DNA from: Octopus sinensis
Taxonomy: Eukaryota
Reading direction: 5' to 3'
Length of the DNA: 64,000 bases
Assembly (NCBI RefSeq): GCF_006345805.1
Contig: NC_043007.1
Span: forward strand, 6,634,001-6,698,000
This document shows, piece after piece, positions 27,038 to 41,879 of the stretch (positions are counted from its first letter, which is position 1; each line of letters starts with the position of its first letter). A program made the position numbers and the translations under genes. Below the pieces are notes generated by a model. The model searched no databases. It had not been told where the DNA came from and saw only the letters and a program-made list of their open reading frames with translations.

Positions 27038-28918
27038 AGAGTTTACGAAAAAAAAACCAAAAGACGAAGACAGGTGGTGTACAAAACAAACAAATGTATT
27101 AGTATAATGTTCAGGAATAGAAAAAGTCATTTACGTTTATATATGAAAGGAAGTAAAAGAATGTGCATATGTTTGTAACTTATTGGGTGGGTCGCACTGT
27201 CTTCAGCGCTTGCATTTTGAAAAGTGGTAGGCTTGTGGTTACGCAACCGAGATTTGACCTGGATCTTTCCAGTTTGTTTCTTTCTTGCGTTACAGAACAG
27301 ATAGAACATCTCCGCTGCTAGTGCACACCGAGGAAGAACAGAGCGCAGAGATCTGATTCCTCTCGGTCTGAATATGTGTCAGGGACTGAAATTCATCGCA
27401 GACTACGAGTACACTACGAGGACAGCGCTCTACCCAGCAGAAATGGGATGAATGGATCAAGAGCACGAAGGGGAGCACGGATCCCATCAATCCCCACCAA
27501 TGAGGTGATGAGTTAACAAGTTCGGGAGATGAGTCTAGGGAGCCGACGAATGATAAGGGAGTGTGTTCTCTGCAAATTAGTCGTGGCTCTCCACATGAAA
27601 TCTTCCACAAGGTTCGTTTCGGTAAAGCCTGTACGAGTTGGGATCCAAGAGACCATACAGAAGTGCACAAGCGCTTCGGTTAGGACATCTCTCAACGATT
27701 ACTCTCTTTGCTAAAATGGTGAATGTGATCTTTGTGGAAAATTGTCTCAGAGGTGGAGATCTGTGTCCATATAGTTACTCCATATTATGTTAGTAACAAA
27801 CAATTTGTGTTTACAAGTAATGTGTCGGGGATATGTAGTTTGGATGAAATGTGTGTTTGTATGGGAAACCTGTCTGGACGTGATATTGGGGAGGGGCAGT
27901 TATCTCATCTCATATTAGTGCTAAGAAGTATATAAACCTAGTGAATACAAGCTCATATAATAACAGACGAAATCAATGTTTTAATTATTGGATGCGTCAA
28001 AAGTGTTTCTAACCAATGCCAAATAAAAGATGTAATTTACAAGTGCTATGTAACAACGCATGAAAATGCATCATGCGTAGGTGCTTGCACAACGAAGTTC
28101 AAATCTCGAATACATAATCGTAAGACTTTATTTAAATATATAACTAAAGAATACCACCACACATTATCAAGTTTGTTTGGAGCCTCAGGGAGAATAGTAT
28201 ATGATCTATACAATAGTGTATGGAAGATAGCGCCCAGCCATATAACAGAGGGCATTTTAGACGTAGTTTGTGACTCAAGGAAACACTGCAAATTCTTAGA
28301 TGCGGCTCTAATCTAATAAATTAGCATAATAAATTTATTCTGCATTGCTCACATTCATTAAGTCCAACATTCCAAGTTTTCCCAAATACAACTACTATTT
28401 AATTATCGCAACATGATACAAATAGACAGATTCGTATTCCTTAGTAACTTACTCTTACTAATGCATACTCTTCGTATGCATTAACAGCTATTTACAAGCT
28501 GCCAGGTACTATAACTAATTGTTTAGTCACTGTATCATTTATTAAAAATTCTTCTTTCTAATTAAACTGAGAGAATCTGATAACCTATACCTTCCTTGAA
28601 CATGGACCGAAAACTGGCAATAAAATGAATACTGCGGTCTGGTATATATATAGCTTTTTGACATCTTCGCACATTATTTCAATATATAAACATTTTAGCG
28701 ACAGCTTCTTAGCTTTCAGAACAATAACTTGATAGTTCGCTGCGCTGTGCATCAGGCTCATTAATCGATCTAATACTGAATCAATTAAATACGCATAGCA
28801 ATGGGCCAAGCTATTCGAAACACGTGTAAACCTGATAATGTGTCTTCACTCGTTGCGTTTTCTTTACACATATAAATACACATAGACGTGCGCACATACA
28901 CGCATGCGCATATATGTG

Positions 28919-29078
28919 CAGGTGCGGTGGTGTGGTAAGAAACTTGCTTCTCTAAAACATGACTCCGCATTTAATCTCACTGTGCGACATATTGAGAAAG
29001 TGTCTTCTACGATAGACTCTAGTCGACCGATTCTTGTGAGTAGATTAGGTAAACGGAAACTGAAGGAAGCCCGTCGTT
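28919..29078 (+). mobile_element. SINE family A, decayed
   Basis: GTGTGGTAAGAAACTTGCTTC...GTGTCTTCTACGATAG...GGTAAACGGAAACTGAAGGAAGCCCGTCG. Confidence 0.75.
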
Positions 29079-31052
29079 TTTGTATGTACCCGCGTGCGTA
29101 CGTGTGCGATGTGTTTGTATGTATGTATGTGCATTTGTGTGTGTCTTGAGCAAACTGAATCTTGATATCTTAAGTCATTGTTTGCATCTGTGTATATATT
29201 AGTCCAGACATTTTGATCACTTTAATTTATTATCTGCTTTTTTATTCACATTCCATCAATTTTAGTATCTGTAATAAATTTGGGAAGCGCTTGTTAAATA
29301 TTATACAGAGCCAAAAAGTTAAATTATAAATTAAGAACTTAAATACTTTCATGAAATTCTCAAATACAGATGACTTCAAAAAGGAAGGAAAGTGGATAAG
29401 ATATAATAGATCTAGTTTACTTCTCCATAAATCATACTTTAAACAACTTCATAGAATTCAAAGGACACTTATTTACATCAACGCAAACAAGGAATCACTG
29501 CAACTCTATCCAGGTTTATTTGTAGGTGAAGAGAGGAAGTAACACGTTTAACCTGCGCGTAAGAAATAATTGACAATCACCAACAACTAGAAATCGATAG
29601 ATGACTTGTGAACAGTTTACACAAAAGTTTCCTTCATTGGCCATCACTGTTTTGTTAAAAAACAAAATGCATTTCAACTTCGGATCAAAACAAAAGTACA
29701 TGAATAATGATGAATTACGTTTGACTTTAAATGTGACATGTTTAATTATGGCGCAAAATACCTTTTAGGTATTAATTTTTATTTCTTTTGAAACCCGGAT
29801 GATAACACTCAATACAGTAAGATTGGTTGCACAAAGCATTTATGTTTTCATTATCCTGTTTAACAGACCAACACAGACATTCTGCTCGCGTCAAAAAGGA
29901 AGTTTAAAGGAGACAAAGCGTAAATGACAGAAGGACGAACTACACAACCGAAATAAAGACTAATGTATCTTCCAGAAAGATGGCGTTCAATCAAATGTCG
30001 TCCATTAATTTCTTAGTACTATTTTCTACGGGCGAAAAATTCGTACTTACTCAATTATTACTGAAAAGCCCCAAATTATCTGGGAACATTTTTGGGATCA
30101 TGACTTCATTAGGATTCCTGTGGAGAAAGCCCTCAATACATGCAGAGCATGCTTCTCTAAGAATTTTCTTTAATGCTAGTATTTCCGTTTACTTAGGTTA
30201 TCGACATAACACTCAGGTATATAGAAATACAATCACACAAACGAACACACACACATGCACACACACAAACAAAAGAGATAGACACAAAGCAAATATCTTT
30301 GCGTGTCTGTGTTGTATCTCTCCGTATATATAATACGTATTCAATAGACAACTGCATCGTAAAAAGCTAATAAAATAAATATTATTAGACTTGCACACAA
30401 ATTATATTAAGACACAAATACATAAATTCTTTATGTAATATTTCATGTTCTATCAGCAACCATTATTAAAACTCTGTCTTCGTGGTATTGGTTGTATTCA
30501 TAACTAAATGTCTATCTTGAAATGTGATAACAATGGTTCGTTAATGTTTTGCTTAATATTGTTTAGATTGAAAGTAATACGGACATTGAAGCATCTTTGC
30601 ATTTACATAGAACTGCTTCAGTCATCACAGTTTTCGCGTTACGCTAAAAGTAGCACTCAATAACTTAGAATCCCGCCATTTATAACTGGGATATTTCTAC
30701 CCAATGCCTTTTTAAAGGTGTCGTGCAATTTAACACTAGCGGTGTTACATAGAAAGAAAATTGATTTAATTTCACTTTAGTTGCACTTATGTCATGAAAT
30801 GGAATAATTGCACATGGCCATGGTCACCTAAATCAATCCCTGCAAATAATGGATTAGCATTGAGTGTTGGTTTGACCCTATACGTTTTACAAGACAATCT
30901 TGACGTCGGTGAGATTTTAATTAGCAGGTACGGGCTAAATATCAACAGGGATTCACTCTTTAGTCCCCTCATAGGACATTCTAACGTCTCCATCATACAC
31001 ACGCACAACAACCACCCTTTACAGGTATGTGTCTGTAGCCTCCTCTTTCTCC

Positions 31053-31095
<43 letters not shown>

Positions 31096-33882
31096 CATAT
31101 ATATGAGTGCGTGTGTGTTTGTATACATGCGTGTGTGTTTGTTTTTCTGTGTGTAAATATGCACTATACTTACACACACACACGCGCACACACATACATA
31201 CATACATACATACACACATACATACATACATACATACATACATACATACATACATACATACATACATACATACACACGTACATAAATACATACACACTCA
31301 CATGCACACATAATGAAGAGACATTTCTCAAGTAAATATCGATTTCCGTCTGCAGTAGAGCAAACTAATATTAATTTTGTCTAAAATAAAATCTGAGACC
31401 TGAAACTAAATCGCGCATCAGTTATGTCTATAATCATGTCTACCCAGAGGCCCTCCGAGACGAATATATATTAATGTGCAAATCGAAATATAATAAAAAG
31501 CATGTTCTATTAATATATTCGATACATTTTAGTACTTATCCTCAATAATGTTTCATATAACTCACTATCAGGAAAAAAAAGTAAAATAAAAGAAATATTA
31601 AAATCGCATCTTGCAATGGAATGTAATATAGAGGTGTAACTTCATGAACCGTGTTCAGTAACCATATTTTCAATACAAATATTTTCCCAACGGATGCTGT
31701 TAATATATTTTGAACCAAGGTCCTAGAAAAATATGTCCTCGGCAAATTATACATTTGGTAATGAATATTCACTTTGGCTTTGCTATTCATTTTGTTGATA
31801 ATTTCATGAATTTTTTCTTCTGCTAGCATCTACTCTGTCGTGTGTTAAACAATATATCATATTGAGGTTGGTTTAATCGATAGGTGCCAAGTTTACTCGG
31901 AATAGATCTTGACCCAACAGAATGACAGCACTGGAGAAAAATATCTTGCTATTCGAATATTTGCATTGGAAAAAAATATATTGTTATTTGAATAACTCTA
32001 TTAGAAATTTATGGCAATATCTATCAGAAACGAAACACTCTGAGAGTAATATTTATATATTCACACTCATATGTGATTAATACTATTTTTAATAGAATAT
32101 ATCAACTTACATGCAAAATAAGGAAAAGTAACATTTTCTGAAACATTATATTATAAAACCTTAAAATGTATATAAAGATTACGATAAACATCTCTAGTCA
32201 ATCGCGAAATTTGCCAATATCGAATTTAATGAAAAATGCTCCGTTTTACAAAAAGCAAGGTGCTTCGGATTCTGTTAGACTAGACAATTACTTTGATAAA
32301 AAACCATTATTCTTTCTATTCTAATAATCCTACGATACAATATATAAGGATAGATATTTATATTTATACAAAATAATCAAAATTATCTCGAGATACTCTT
32401 AGGTAAGCTGATGTTGAAATCTTGACGAAATGTATACACATCCTAAACTCTAGTATACAAAAAAAGGATAAAGTCCTTAGTTATGAAATACTTAACCAAG
32501 AACGAAGAATTTAGCCATTTGCAACTAGCAATGGCTTTATTATTCACAGACATTTACAAAATGTTTAATGATTTGCATCGCGAATTGACTAGAAAACGCT
32601 ACAATTAAATATATACATTAGTTATGCAAAAGAAATCAAGATTGTAATTATAGTGTAATGAGAGCTTATTTAAGACATCCACTCTTTTGAATTAATATTA
32701 AATTTCTTTATAATTACTATATTTAGTTACAGATTATATAATTGCACCGAATGTGATATGGCTCGGAAAATGATTTCTGCATAAACTGATTGAAATAATC
32801 TGAAGAAACTAATATAAAATCATTGAACAATGCCGTACCATAAAATGTTTCATAGGAAAATGGTAATATATGGTATTTCCTAGTTACAAAAGTAGGATAG
32901 GCAGCAGAGCACAGAACTAAAGGAATTATAGAATTTTCGATTCAGCTACATAATTCCTGCGGTTATAAACAACAAGCGTTGACTCAACTTACATACTTGT
33001 CTCTACGTATTGGATAACAAAAATATTGGAGTTCTTTTAACTATCGAACATAATCATTCTCACTAAAAATTAGTTTTGTTTCTCTGTAGGAAATCAATCG
33101 ATATATAACAATTTACCCATTTTTCCTCCCCTGTTCAATAACTGTAAGTTGCGAAATGTTTTTATACATCATTATACTGAAATTAACTTAACTTTAATAA
33201 AAACTGAAAACATGTTATTTTATATAATTTTATATTTTTTTCGCGGGTAGCAGATATACTTTCTAAATATTCTTGTGATATTTTATTTAAAAAGATTTAG
33301 AAAATAAATTTTTCATAAACCTAACCTTCTCTGAAGATCAAAAATGAAAATCAATATAAATTTCTGTATTGACATCAGTGCAATGAAATGAAAACAAAAA
33401 AACACAAAATTCTTTGATCTCTTTTAATACTATTGACCAAGAATGATTACATATATTTGTTACTTCATATTACAACCGATTCATAATGTATTTCAACCAC
33501 TCAATGAGTGTTATTAATAGATTGTCTACTGTAGAAGTTCCTAGCCTTTATGGCTCTGTGACCCCTGTCAAAGAAGACCATTATATATTTTCCCCTGGAC
33601 AGATGATGAACAATTCCTAGAAACCAATGAAGATAATTTTATTCATAAATACCACTCCAAAACTAAACAAAAAACAATAACCAACTCAAATTACGAATAC
33701 AACAGTATTGAAGCCATATGGGAGTATGAACTAAGTATTCTCTGAGTAATCAGAGTTACGTATACAAGTAAACGAAATATTAATGTACACTTTTTAACAT
33801 TACGATGTACACCTTTATACACATTTTTCTTTAATTATTAACACCGTAGTATGGGGATGGTTAAATTTGTATGTATATGCAT

Positions 33883-33928
<46 letters not shown>

Positions 33929-33931
<3 letters not shown>

Positions 33932-34260
33932 TGGCTTTTTGGAGTCTGCAATGCGACGCTTCAGCTGGAAACCAATAGCCAAGGCCGAAGGGCTACAATC
34001 ATTTACTTTTGTGGCTCTTTGGTGACCGCAGCCAAAGCTCGATGGCTAATGCCAAAGGGAGTAAATCAATTAGTGTTTACTTTTATAACGAGATATTTCC
34101 CATTCCATATTTTGCAGAGGTCTTACGCCAGCGATGTCTGGGTTCTGAAGATACGCCGTAAGGTTAAACCCCTTATGAGTGAGAAATCCAGGGTGACCCC
34201 ATAAACCGGTCCCCCCATTATAATATAAACTGCTCTGCATCTTAGAGTGTACCTCTCCTC
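33929..34260 (+). mobile_element. (TA)n-adjacent element with decayed HHR-like motif
   Basis: 34140-34199: GGGTT-CTGAAGA-[CGTAAGG/CCTTATG stem]-GAAA-TCCAGG-GTG-ACCC; the cleavage triplet is non-canonical. Confidence 0.4.
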
Positions 34261-34306
34261 CGGATTTATGTATTTGTACAAACGATATATATGTATATGT
34301 GTGTGT

Positions 34307-35250
34307 GTTCAACCGATTTCGACTCGAAAAATTGATCCAACCAAGCTCTCAATGCTGCATGAGTATGAAACGAAATTCCGCGCATATCATTTGAAAGAGA
34401 TCGAAAGAGGTGGAAATCCGTTGGTGCCAAATCAGGAGAGTACGGTGGGTGTGGCAACACTTCCCAGCCATGCATTTGAATGGCTTCCTTGGTCATGTTG
34501 GCGATATGAGGGCGGGCGTTGTGGTGCAGCAGAAGAACTCCATGCTGACGATTAGGTCTTTTCTCTTGAATAGCCGTGTTGAGTCGTTCCATCTGTTGAA
34601 CATAGAGTTCCCTATTGACTGTTTGGTTCCGTTCAAACAATTCGTAATGGATAATCTCTTCCCAGTCCCACCATACGCACAACATCGTTTTACGCGGATG
34701 AGGATATTGTTTCATGCGCGTGTAGCTTGTTTACCGGAGTCAAGCCATTCCTTACGCTGCTTCATATTGATGTACAGGCACCATTTTCCGCCGCCAGGAA
34801 CGATTCGGTAAAGAAGTTGTGGCTTGTGTCCATGAGTTGAGCGGTGACGAGCAAGTAGACCAGCGGAGATTGTGGCTTGTTGATTTTTGTTGTTGTCAAT
34901 TAAAGCATGCGGAAATCATGCTCCACACTTCTGAACATTTCCCATCGAGTGAAGAAACTTCTCTATAGCAGGGTGAAAGCATTCCATTTTCTCTGCCAGT
35001 TCTCTTGTCATTTGACCAGAATTTTCGTGCAAAAGTCGGTTTCATCACTCTTCATCCAACTCAGCTGGACGGCCAGAACGAGATGCGTCTTTGAGGTCAA
35101 AATTTCCAGTTTTGAACTTGGCATACCAATCACGAGCAGTTCTTTCATCTATGGCACCCTCTCCATACACAGCACAAATGTTGTGAGCAGCTTTTGCGGC
35201 CTTAGAAGCTTGATTGAAAGCAAAGAGTAGGCGGTGTCGAAAATGCATCT
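34307..35250 (-). pseudogene. mariner (DD34D) transposase pseudogene
   Basis: ORF 35045-35248 HTH (RHRLLFAF...ICAVYGEGAIDERTARDWYAKFKTGNFDLKDASRSGRP) and ORF 34266-34715 (KTMLCVWWD...LHHNARPH...HPPYSPDLAPTDFHLFRSL); catalytic D changed to H, stops and frameshifts, no TIRs seen. Confidence 0.93.
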
Positions 35251-36211
35251 GGAATCCTAATCGTCGTAGTTGACGGAGGACCAGTTATTTGTATCAAGTT
35301 GTTATTTTCTCGTATATTGCTTCTATCTAATCTTTGCGAATTATTTTATTGAAACTGTTCTTATATTTCACGAGACAGTTTCATATTAAGTTTAATATGC
35401 TAAAGTTTTTATGAGAGATAAACGTTAATATTACATATTAAGAATATCGTTGCTTACAAATATGTAAACACATTTACACAGAGAATTGCAGGTTGCACAA
35501 AGTCAGGTATATACATAAATACATATGATCACGGGCCTGTCTGCATGTCTCAGTGTTTCAAGACCGGATTGTAATTTCATTTATAGATTTCCGTGATGGT
35601 AACGGATTTACATGTTCTATTTCGATGTATGATCGAATTAGTAAATATATTCATTAGAACATCAGAAAAAATAAAATAATTCCAAATAAATATATCTCGG
35701 GCATTATTTCATTTACTCAATATTTCGCTTGAGGATGCTTAATACTAGATTTGCTGACATGGCAAAAAATAACTATGTCAAACGATTCAGACAAGAAATG
35801 CGCGTTTTATTTCATTACGTTTCCCATTTTGTGCATGATAACCGTATTAGTTTAACACTGAGATATTGATAGTCTATTGCCTGATGTAACGAATGACGCT
35901 AATGTACATCATTGGAGGAAAGAAGTATTTAATTTCAAAGTCGCTCTGTTAAGATTCTACCTCATTAATTCCTAACAATGCTAGCAGCAAATCTTCTCCT
36001 CCTCCGTAAATGAATTGAAGCGAGTCAACACTATATTTAAGTAAAACCTTCTTGGAATCTAGCTGTGAGCTGCAAGCGTGCAACAGATTTAGCATATTTC
36101 GTAATTCAAACATGTCAGACAGAATCATCGAGTTAATATTAATTCTCTGATTATAGATTGTGTGTACATACCTTCAGCGTTAAATATGGTTCCCCATATC
36201 ATGCTTCAACT

Positions 36212-36253
<42 letters not shown>

Positions 36254-36910
36254 GTACTACTACTACTACTACTATATATAATAATCCTTTCTACTATAGA
36301 CACAAGGCCTGAAATTTTTCTGGAAGCTCCTAGTCGATTCCATCGATTCCAGTAACGAACTGACACTCGTATATAGACTCCCAAAAGATGAAAGACGAAG
36401 TCGCTAAGCATAAAAAAGAAAGAAGGCAAAAACATGGGAAAAGATGACAATATCCGTATATCAATATCGTCAAATATCGTTACACAGTCGTTTGTATAAA
36501 TCTCTAAGCGTATTCGACTAAAAAAAGACTGGAGAAAGTTTACTGATGTCATATAACCATCTTGGAACGGGAGATGAAAAGAAAGACGGAGAAAGAGAAA
36601 GAAGGAGTTCGAAACAGAGCAAGTAGTATAGGGAAAGAAAATATATCAGACCAATTATGAAAAATACGGCCGATCTACTCCCTATTTGCAACCGGCATCT
36701 GGTAAACACGATATGACATTTTTCAGGCAACAGAGAGAATACTTTGGCTAGAAGACCGAGTAGCATTCGGTCGCTTTCAGTTTAACAACTGCCATGGCGT
36801 CCTTCAACAAAACTGATTCCGAAGATCCTACTGAAATATGTATATACATGGGTATGTGTATGATATCTATCTAACTATCTTTCTGTCTATGTTTGTATGT
36901 ACCTGTCTCT

Positions 36911-36988
<78 letters not shown>

Positions 36989-37090
36989 ATCAATATGCCC
37001 ACCAATCTATCTATACCTATATATATGTATATATACATATATATATATGCATGCATCTCTCTCTCTCTCTCTGTTCTCTCTCTCTCTCTG

Positions 37091-37129
<39 letters not shown>

Positions 37130-37144
37130 CATATATACACACAC

Positions 37145-37194
<50 letters not shown>

Positions 37195-38148
37195 ACATGC
37201 TGGCCACTTGATAAAATCGTTATTTTATTTGAAATTAACCATCTTATCCTTATATATATATATATATTTACGTATCTATGTATATATCTATGTATCTATG
37301 TGTATGTATATATATGTATATATATATATGCATATATATGTATATGTATATATATATACTCACACATACATACACATATATATCTATATGTGTGTGTAGG
37401 TATATATGTAAGCATATAAGTGTAGATGTGTTTGCATATATGAATATATAGATGCATATAAATACATAAATAAACACACTCAAATGTGCACATATATTAC
37501 ATATTTACGTATATTCTATATGTGCACGCACACACATATATACTTATACACATGCAAGTGTGCATGCATTTGTCTCTGTGTGCATATGTGTGTGTGTATG
37601 TAAATACATATATACATGTTTGAGTGTATACGCATGTATAAATACATTTGCGTATATGTGGAAAGAGTTCCTTCCTATTTTGAATCATATATAGTTATGA
37701 TGTATAAATATGAAAAAAAATATGTTAAAAATGTAGTGTATTGACGGTTACATGATGAAATTTGAGAAGAAACCATATTTTAGCTAATCGAGATTCGATT
37801 CGTTCTTTTTCTTTTGTTTTGTAAGCGAATATATGCGTGTCTATGTATGTGTGAGGGCATAAGTGTGCGTGTGCTTTGCATCGTCGGATGTAACATGTCT
37901 TCAGCAAAGTCCAGGCTGAAGAATTACAGTTTCATATTGTATGACCTGTCAGACTTTCGACAGACCACCAGCAAAGCAGCTGATGTGATTATGGGCTGCA
38001 TTAATGATTAAGAAAGCCATACTAATACTCGACAGATGTCCCAATATTATTTGCAAGCGAAAAATATTTCTGCAAATTATTTTAGAAAGTATAAAATTAA
38101 GAAAGTTTGCAAGTTCCATATGATATGGCGACACAAATTTATGCGCTC

Positions 38149-38189
<41 letters not shown>

Positions 38190-38498
38190 AACGTTTTATA
38201 TTTCGAGATGGGGCTTTTTTCTCTTTTTGCAAATAAACAAACGCCCTATATATTCGTTTTTTATTTGTTTATTACCGTTCTTACTTTATATATATTGCCA
38301 GGCAATCTTTCACTGCACTCCTGTGACCTCTTCAGTGACTTTCAGTCCAACGCATCTCTTCCTGCTCATAGAACAGAAGACACCTGGATAGGATGACCAT
38401 CCCGAAATATAACAATATGTTTCAACACATGGTTTGACATCTGGAATCGTGCAAAACAAATTCATAAATGTCTGTGTGTGTGTTGTATATATATACAT

Positions 38499-38561
<63 letters not shown>

Positions 38562-38567
38562 AATATA

Positions 38568-38842
38568 GCTTCGGAACGTCTAATGCCTTGCGAGTGGATT
38601 TGGCAGACGGAAACTGAAAGAACCCAATCGTATATGTGTGTGTGTGTTTGTTCCTCATCTTGGCAACCGATATTGGTGTGTTTACGTCCCAGGAACTTTG
38701 CGGTTCAGCAAAAATCGTTTGATGGAATTAGTACTAGACTTGAGGAAAGCGAATGAATTATAACTAAGGCCGATTCGTTCGACTAAAATTCTTCGAGGTG
38801 CCCCAGTTTGGCCGTGGTTGAATGAGTGGAACAAGTAAAATA
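38568..38842 (+). mobile_element. SINE family A body and tail
   Basis: GCCTTGCGAGTGGATTTGGCAGACGGAAACTGAAAGAA...GCGGTTCAGCAAAA...GGTGCCCCAG...AACAAGTAAAA. Confidence 0.8.
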
Positions 38843-38848
38843 TGCAAG

Positions 38849-38884
<36 letters not shown>

Positions 38885-39924
38885 GCCCACACACTCATGT
38901 GTGTATGTATGCGCATTATGTGTGTAAGAATGGATGGATGGCTCGATGGATGGATCGATAAATGGTTGCAAACATGAATGGGATGTACGGATTTCGTTTT
39001 CGAATGCAGCCATTGCTTGATGTTTTATTCTTTAAACTTATAAAAAAAACAATCTATACACACACACGTGCGCGCAGAGACATCCGCGCATGCACACAAT
39101 TTTTTATACACATTCACGTATTTGTGTTTTATTTTCTCGCTTCATATTATTTAGGCATTTGTTTTTGAACTGAGAAAGAAACATGCTTGTGTGCGTATGT
39201 ATGTGTATATGTATGTATATTCGTGTGTATGTGTGTATTTGTTTGTTTATGTCTGTGTGTGCGTGTTTGTGTGTGTCTGTGTAGGAGAGACGTGGCTGTG
39301 CGCGAATGTGTAAATTTGTTTTTGCAGCGCTTTTCAGAAAAGACATTCTTCGGCAACATTTCGATTTGCTGACAGTGCGAAGTTGAAACAGAGAATGTAA
39401 TCGATGAGATGGCGAGAAGGGCAGCAGATTATTATTAATGCATGTGGCAAGCCCTAAATTTGTAGCTTCAGATATATTATTGACAGGTCAACTAAGGGGC
39501 CTGTCTATCGTCGCTGCGAGCTTCTAGTGTTTGCAGGGAAATCTTTGCGTAAATTCTATCTTGAATAATGTCATAAATATAACAGACGCATTGTGGTTTC
39601 TGTATAGGAAAATGTCAGCCGTCGCAGCAGGCAGGCATCTCACTTTGTCTCATTAAGACTGTCCGCCATCGAAGCAACAGCAAATGTATCAGAAAGGAAA
39701 AGAAAGAACAGCAACGACGACCATGTGTCATGCATTGTCGCGAAGCTGTAGCGCACCGTGATGAGTTGTTACCAGATGGAATTTATTTAAAATGCTCTGA
39801 TCGTGAGGAAAGGAATAAGTAAGATGGATGATATTTTTCCTTGATGTATCCTGAAAATGAACGAGATTTTTAAGTGCTTCAAAGGGTAATATTCGTTTGG
39901 AATTTTGCTACAAGTCCAACAGTT

Positions 39925-40337
39925 TTGCGTGGAGGGAAAATTTGATAATATCGACCCCGGTACTGTACTGGTACTTATATTATCGACTCTCAAACGATTC
40001 TACATTTCAGGTAGGATGAAAAGCAAAATCGACTTCAACGGAATGGAAATTCAGAATGTAAAATGGCGCGCTAAAGATTCTGCTATCTCGCCGGCATACT
40101 TGATGAGGTAATTTTGGTTGTGTATAAGGCGGTGAGCTGGCAAAAACGTTAGCACTACGGGCGATATGCTTAGTGGTATTTCGTCTGTCTTTACATTCTG
40201 AGTTCAAATTCCGCCAAGGTCGACTTTGCTTTTCATCCTTTCGGGGTCAATAAATGAAGTACCAGTTGCATACTGGAGTCGATCTGGCCCCACACCAAAT
40301 ATTTCGGGCCCCTTGTGCCTAGAGTAGAAAATAATAT
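39925..40337. mobile_element. Divergent pair of SINE family B copies (old minus-strand copy 39925-40095; younger plus-strand copy 40126-40337)
   Basis: Family B head and core are present on both strands. Confidence 0.8.
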
Positions 40338-40715
40338 TGTTGTTGATATTGCATAAGGATACGCATCTTACTAATTATAAGAATTCTCCAGTAATTTCGA
40401 ATTTTCGATTTGGGAGAGATTTAAGCAGGCAATGAGTTCCAAAAGAAATGTGTCCTGTGAAAAGAGGAAGGTTTAAGAGATATACGATGGGTTAGGTAGT
40501 GGCAGAGACTAAGGGTAGAGAGGAAGGAAGAGAAACAGGCAAAGAGAACGAGACAGAGACAGACAGAGAAATAGAGAGAAAGAAAGTGACGGAGTAATAA
40601 GAAAGTGATAGAGAGAGAAGAAAGGAGACAGTGCATTAAAATGTGAGATGTCGACGGTGTAGGGGTAAGAATGATTCCGATGTAATGTTATATGTGTTGT
40701 TTATATGTATATATA

Positions 40716-40746
<31 letters not shown>

Positions 40747-40799
40747 CAGAGAGAGAGAGAGAGAGATAGAGAGAGAGAGAGGGGGAGATAGACAGATAT

Positions 40800-40896
<97 letters not shown>

Positions 40897-40897
<1 letters not shown>

Positions 40898-41226
40898 GCG
40901 CATGGCTCAGTGGTTAGAGCGTCGAGCTTACGATCGTGAGGTTGTGAGCTCGAATCCCGGACCGGGCTGCGTGTTGTGTTCTTGAGCAAGGCACTTTATT
41001 TCACGTTGCTCCAGTTCACTCAGCTGTAGAAATGAGTTGCGACGTCACTGGTGCCAAGCTGTATCGACCTTTGCCTTTCCCTTGGATAACACTGGTGGCG
41101 TGGAGAGGGGAGGCTTGTATGCATGGGCGACTGCTGGTCTTCCATAAACAACCTTGCCCGGACTTGTGTCTAGGAGGGTAACTTTCTAGGTGCAATCCCA
41201 CGGTCATTCATGACCGAAGGGGGTCT
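40897..41226 (+). mobile_element. tRNA-derived SINE (family C), near intact
   Basis: GGCGCATGGCTCAGTGGTTAGAGC (A box)...GAGCTCGAATCCC (B box), CORE/V-like GTGTTCTTGAGCAAGGCACTTTA; second copy at 24043. Confidence 0.9.
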
Positions 41227-41757
41227 AAAGAAAGATATATATATATATATACAGAGAGATAGAGAGAGAGAGAGATAGATAGTTAGATATACACTTGCGT
41301 GTGTGTATATATTTATACAACGATGGCTACATATATGAACCAACATATATATATTACTTGTATATATGTATGTGTCTACGTATACCACACACACAAGCAA
41401 AGAAATATATGGCCGCATGCGTTATGTCGTGCTGCCTGGAAAAGGGCATTGCTGATGTGGTTCTTAATGCATTGATGCACTCTGACACCTGCTTCAGAAA
41501 GGGACGAGGCTGTCACAGATGACAGTATAAAGAGTATGTTTGATCACAGGTGTCCTGGGGCTAAACAAGAAATATGACATCAACGATTCAACGACTGAAC
41601 CTTTGCCCAATTTCTCGACACGCTACATATCGCAGCTAAATCATCAAATAATCAGAATCACCATATTGTCTTCAAGAAATGAAAGAGTAGTTTTCATATG
41701 CATATGGACTGTCCATTCACCGTTTCAAAACCTGTTATCACACATTGGTTCGCGTGC

Positions 41758-41814
<57 letters not shown>

Positions 41815-41841
41815 CGCACGTACACACATACACTCACACAT

Positions 41842-41879
<38 letters not shown>

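Noticed and set aside
30794-31000. Non-repetitive start of a 120-aa ORF
   Set aside because: No recognisable domain or convincing splice sites; runs into microsatellites.
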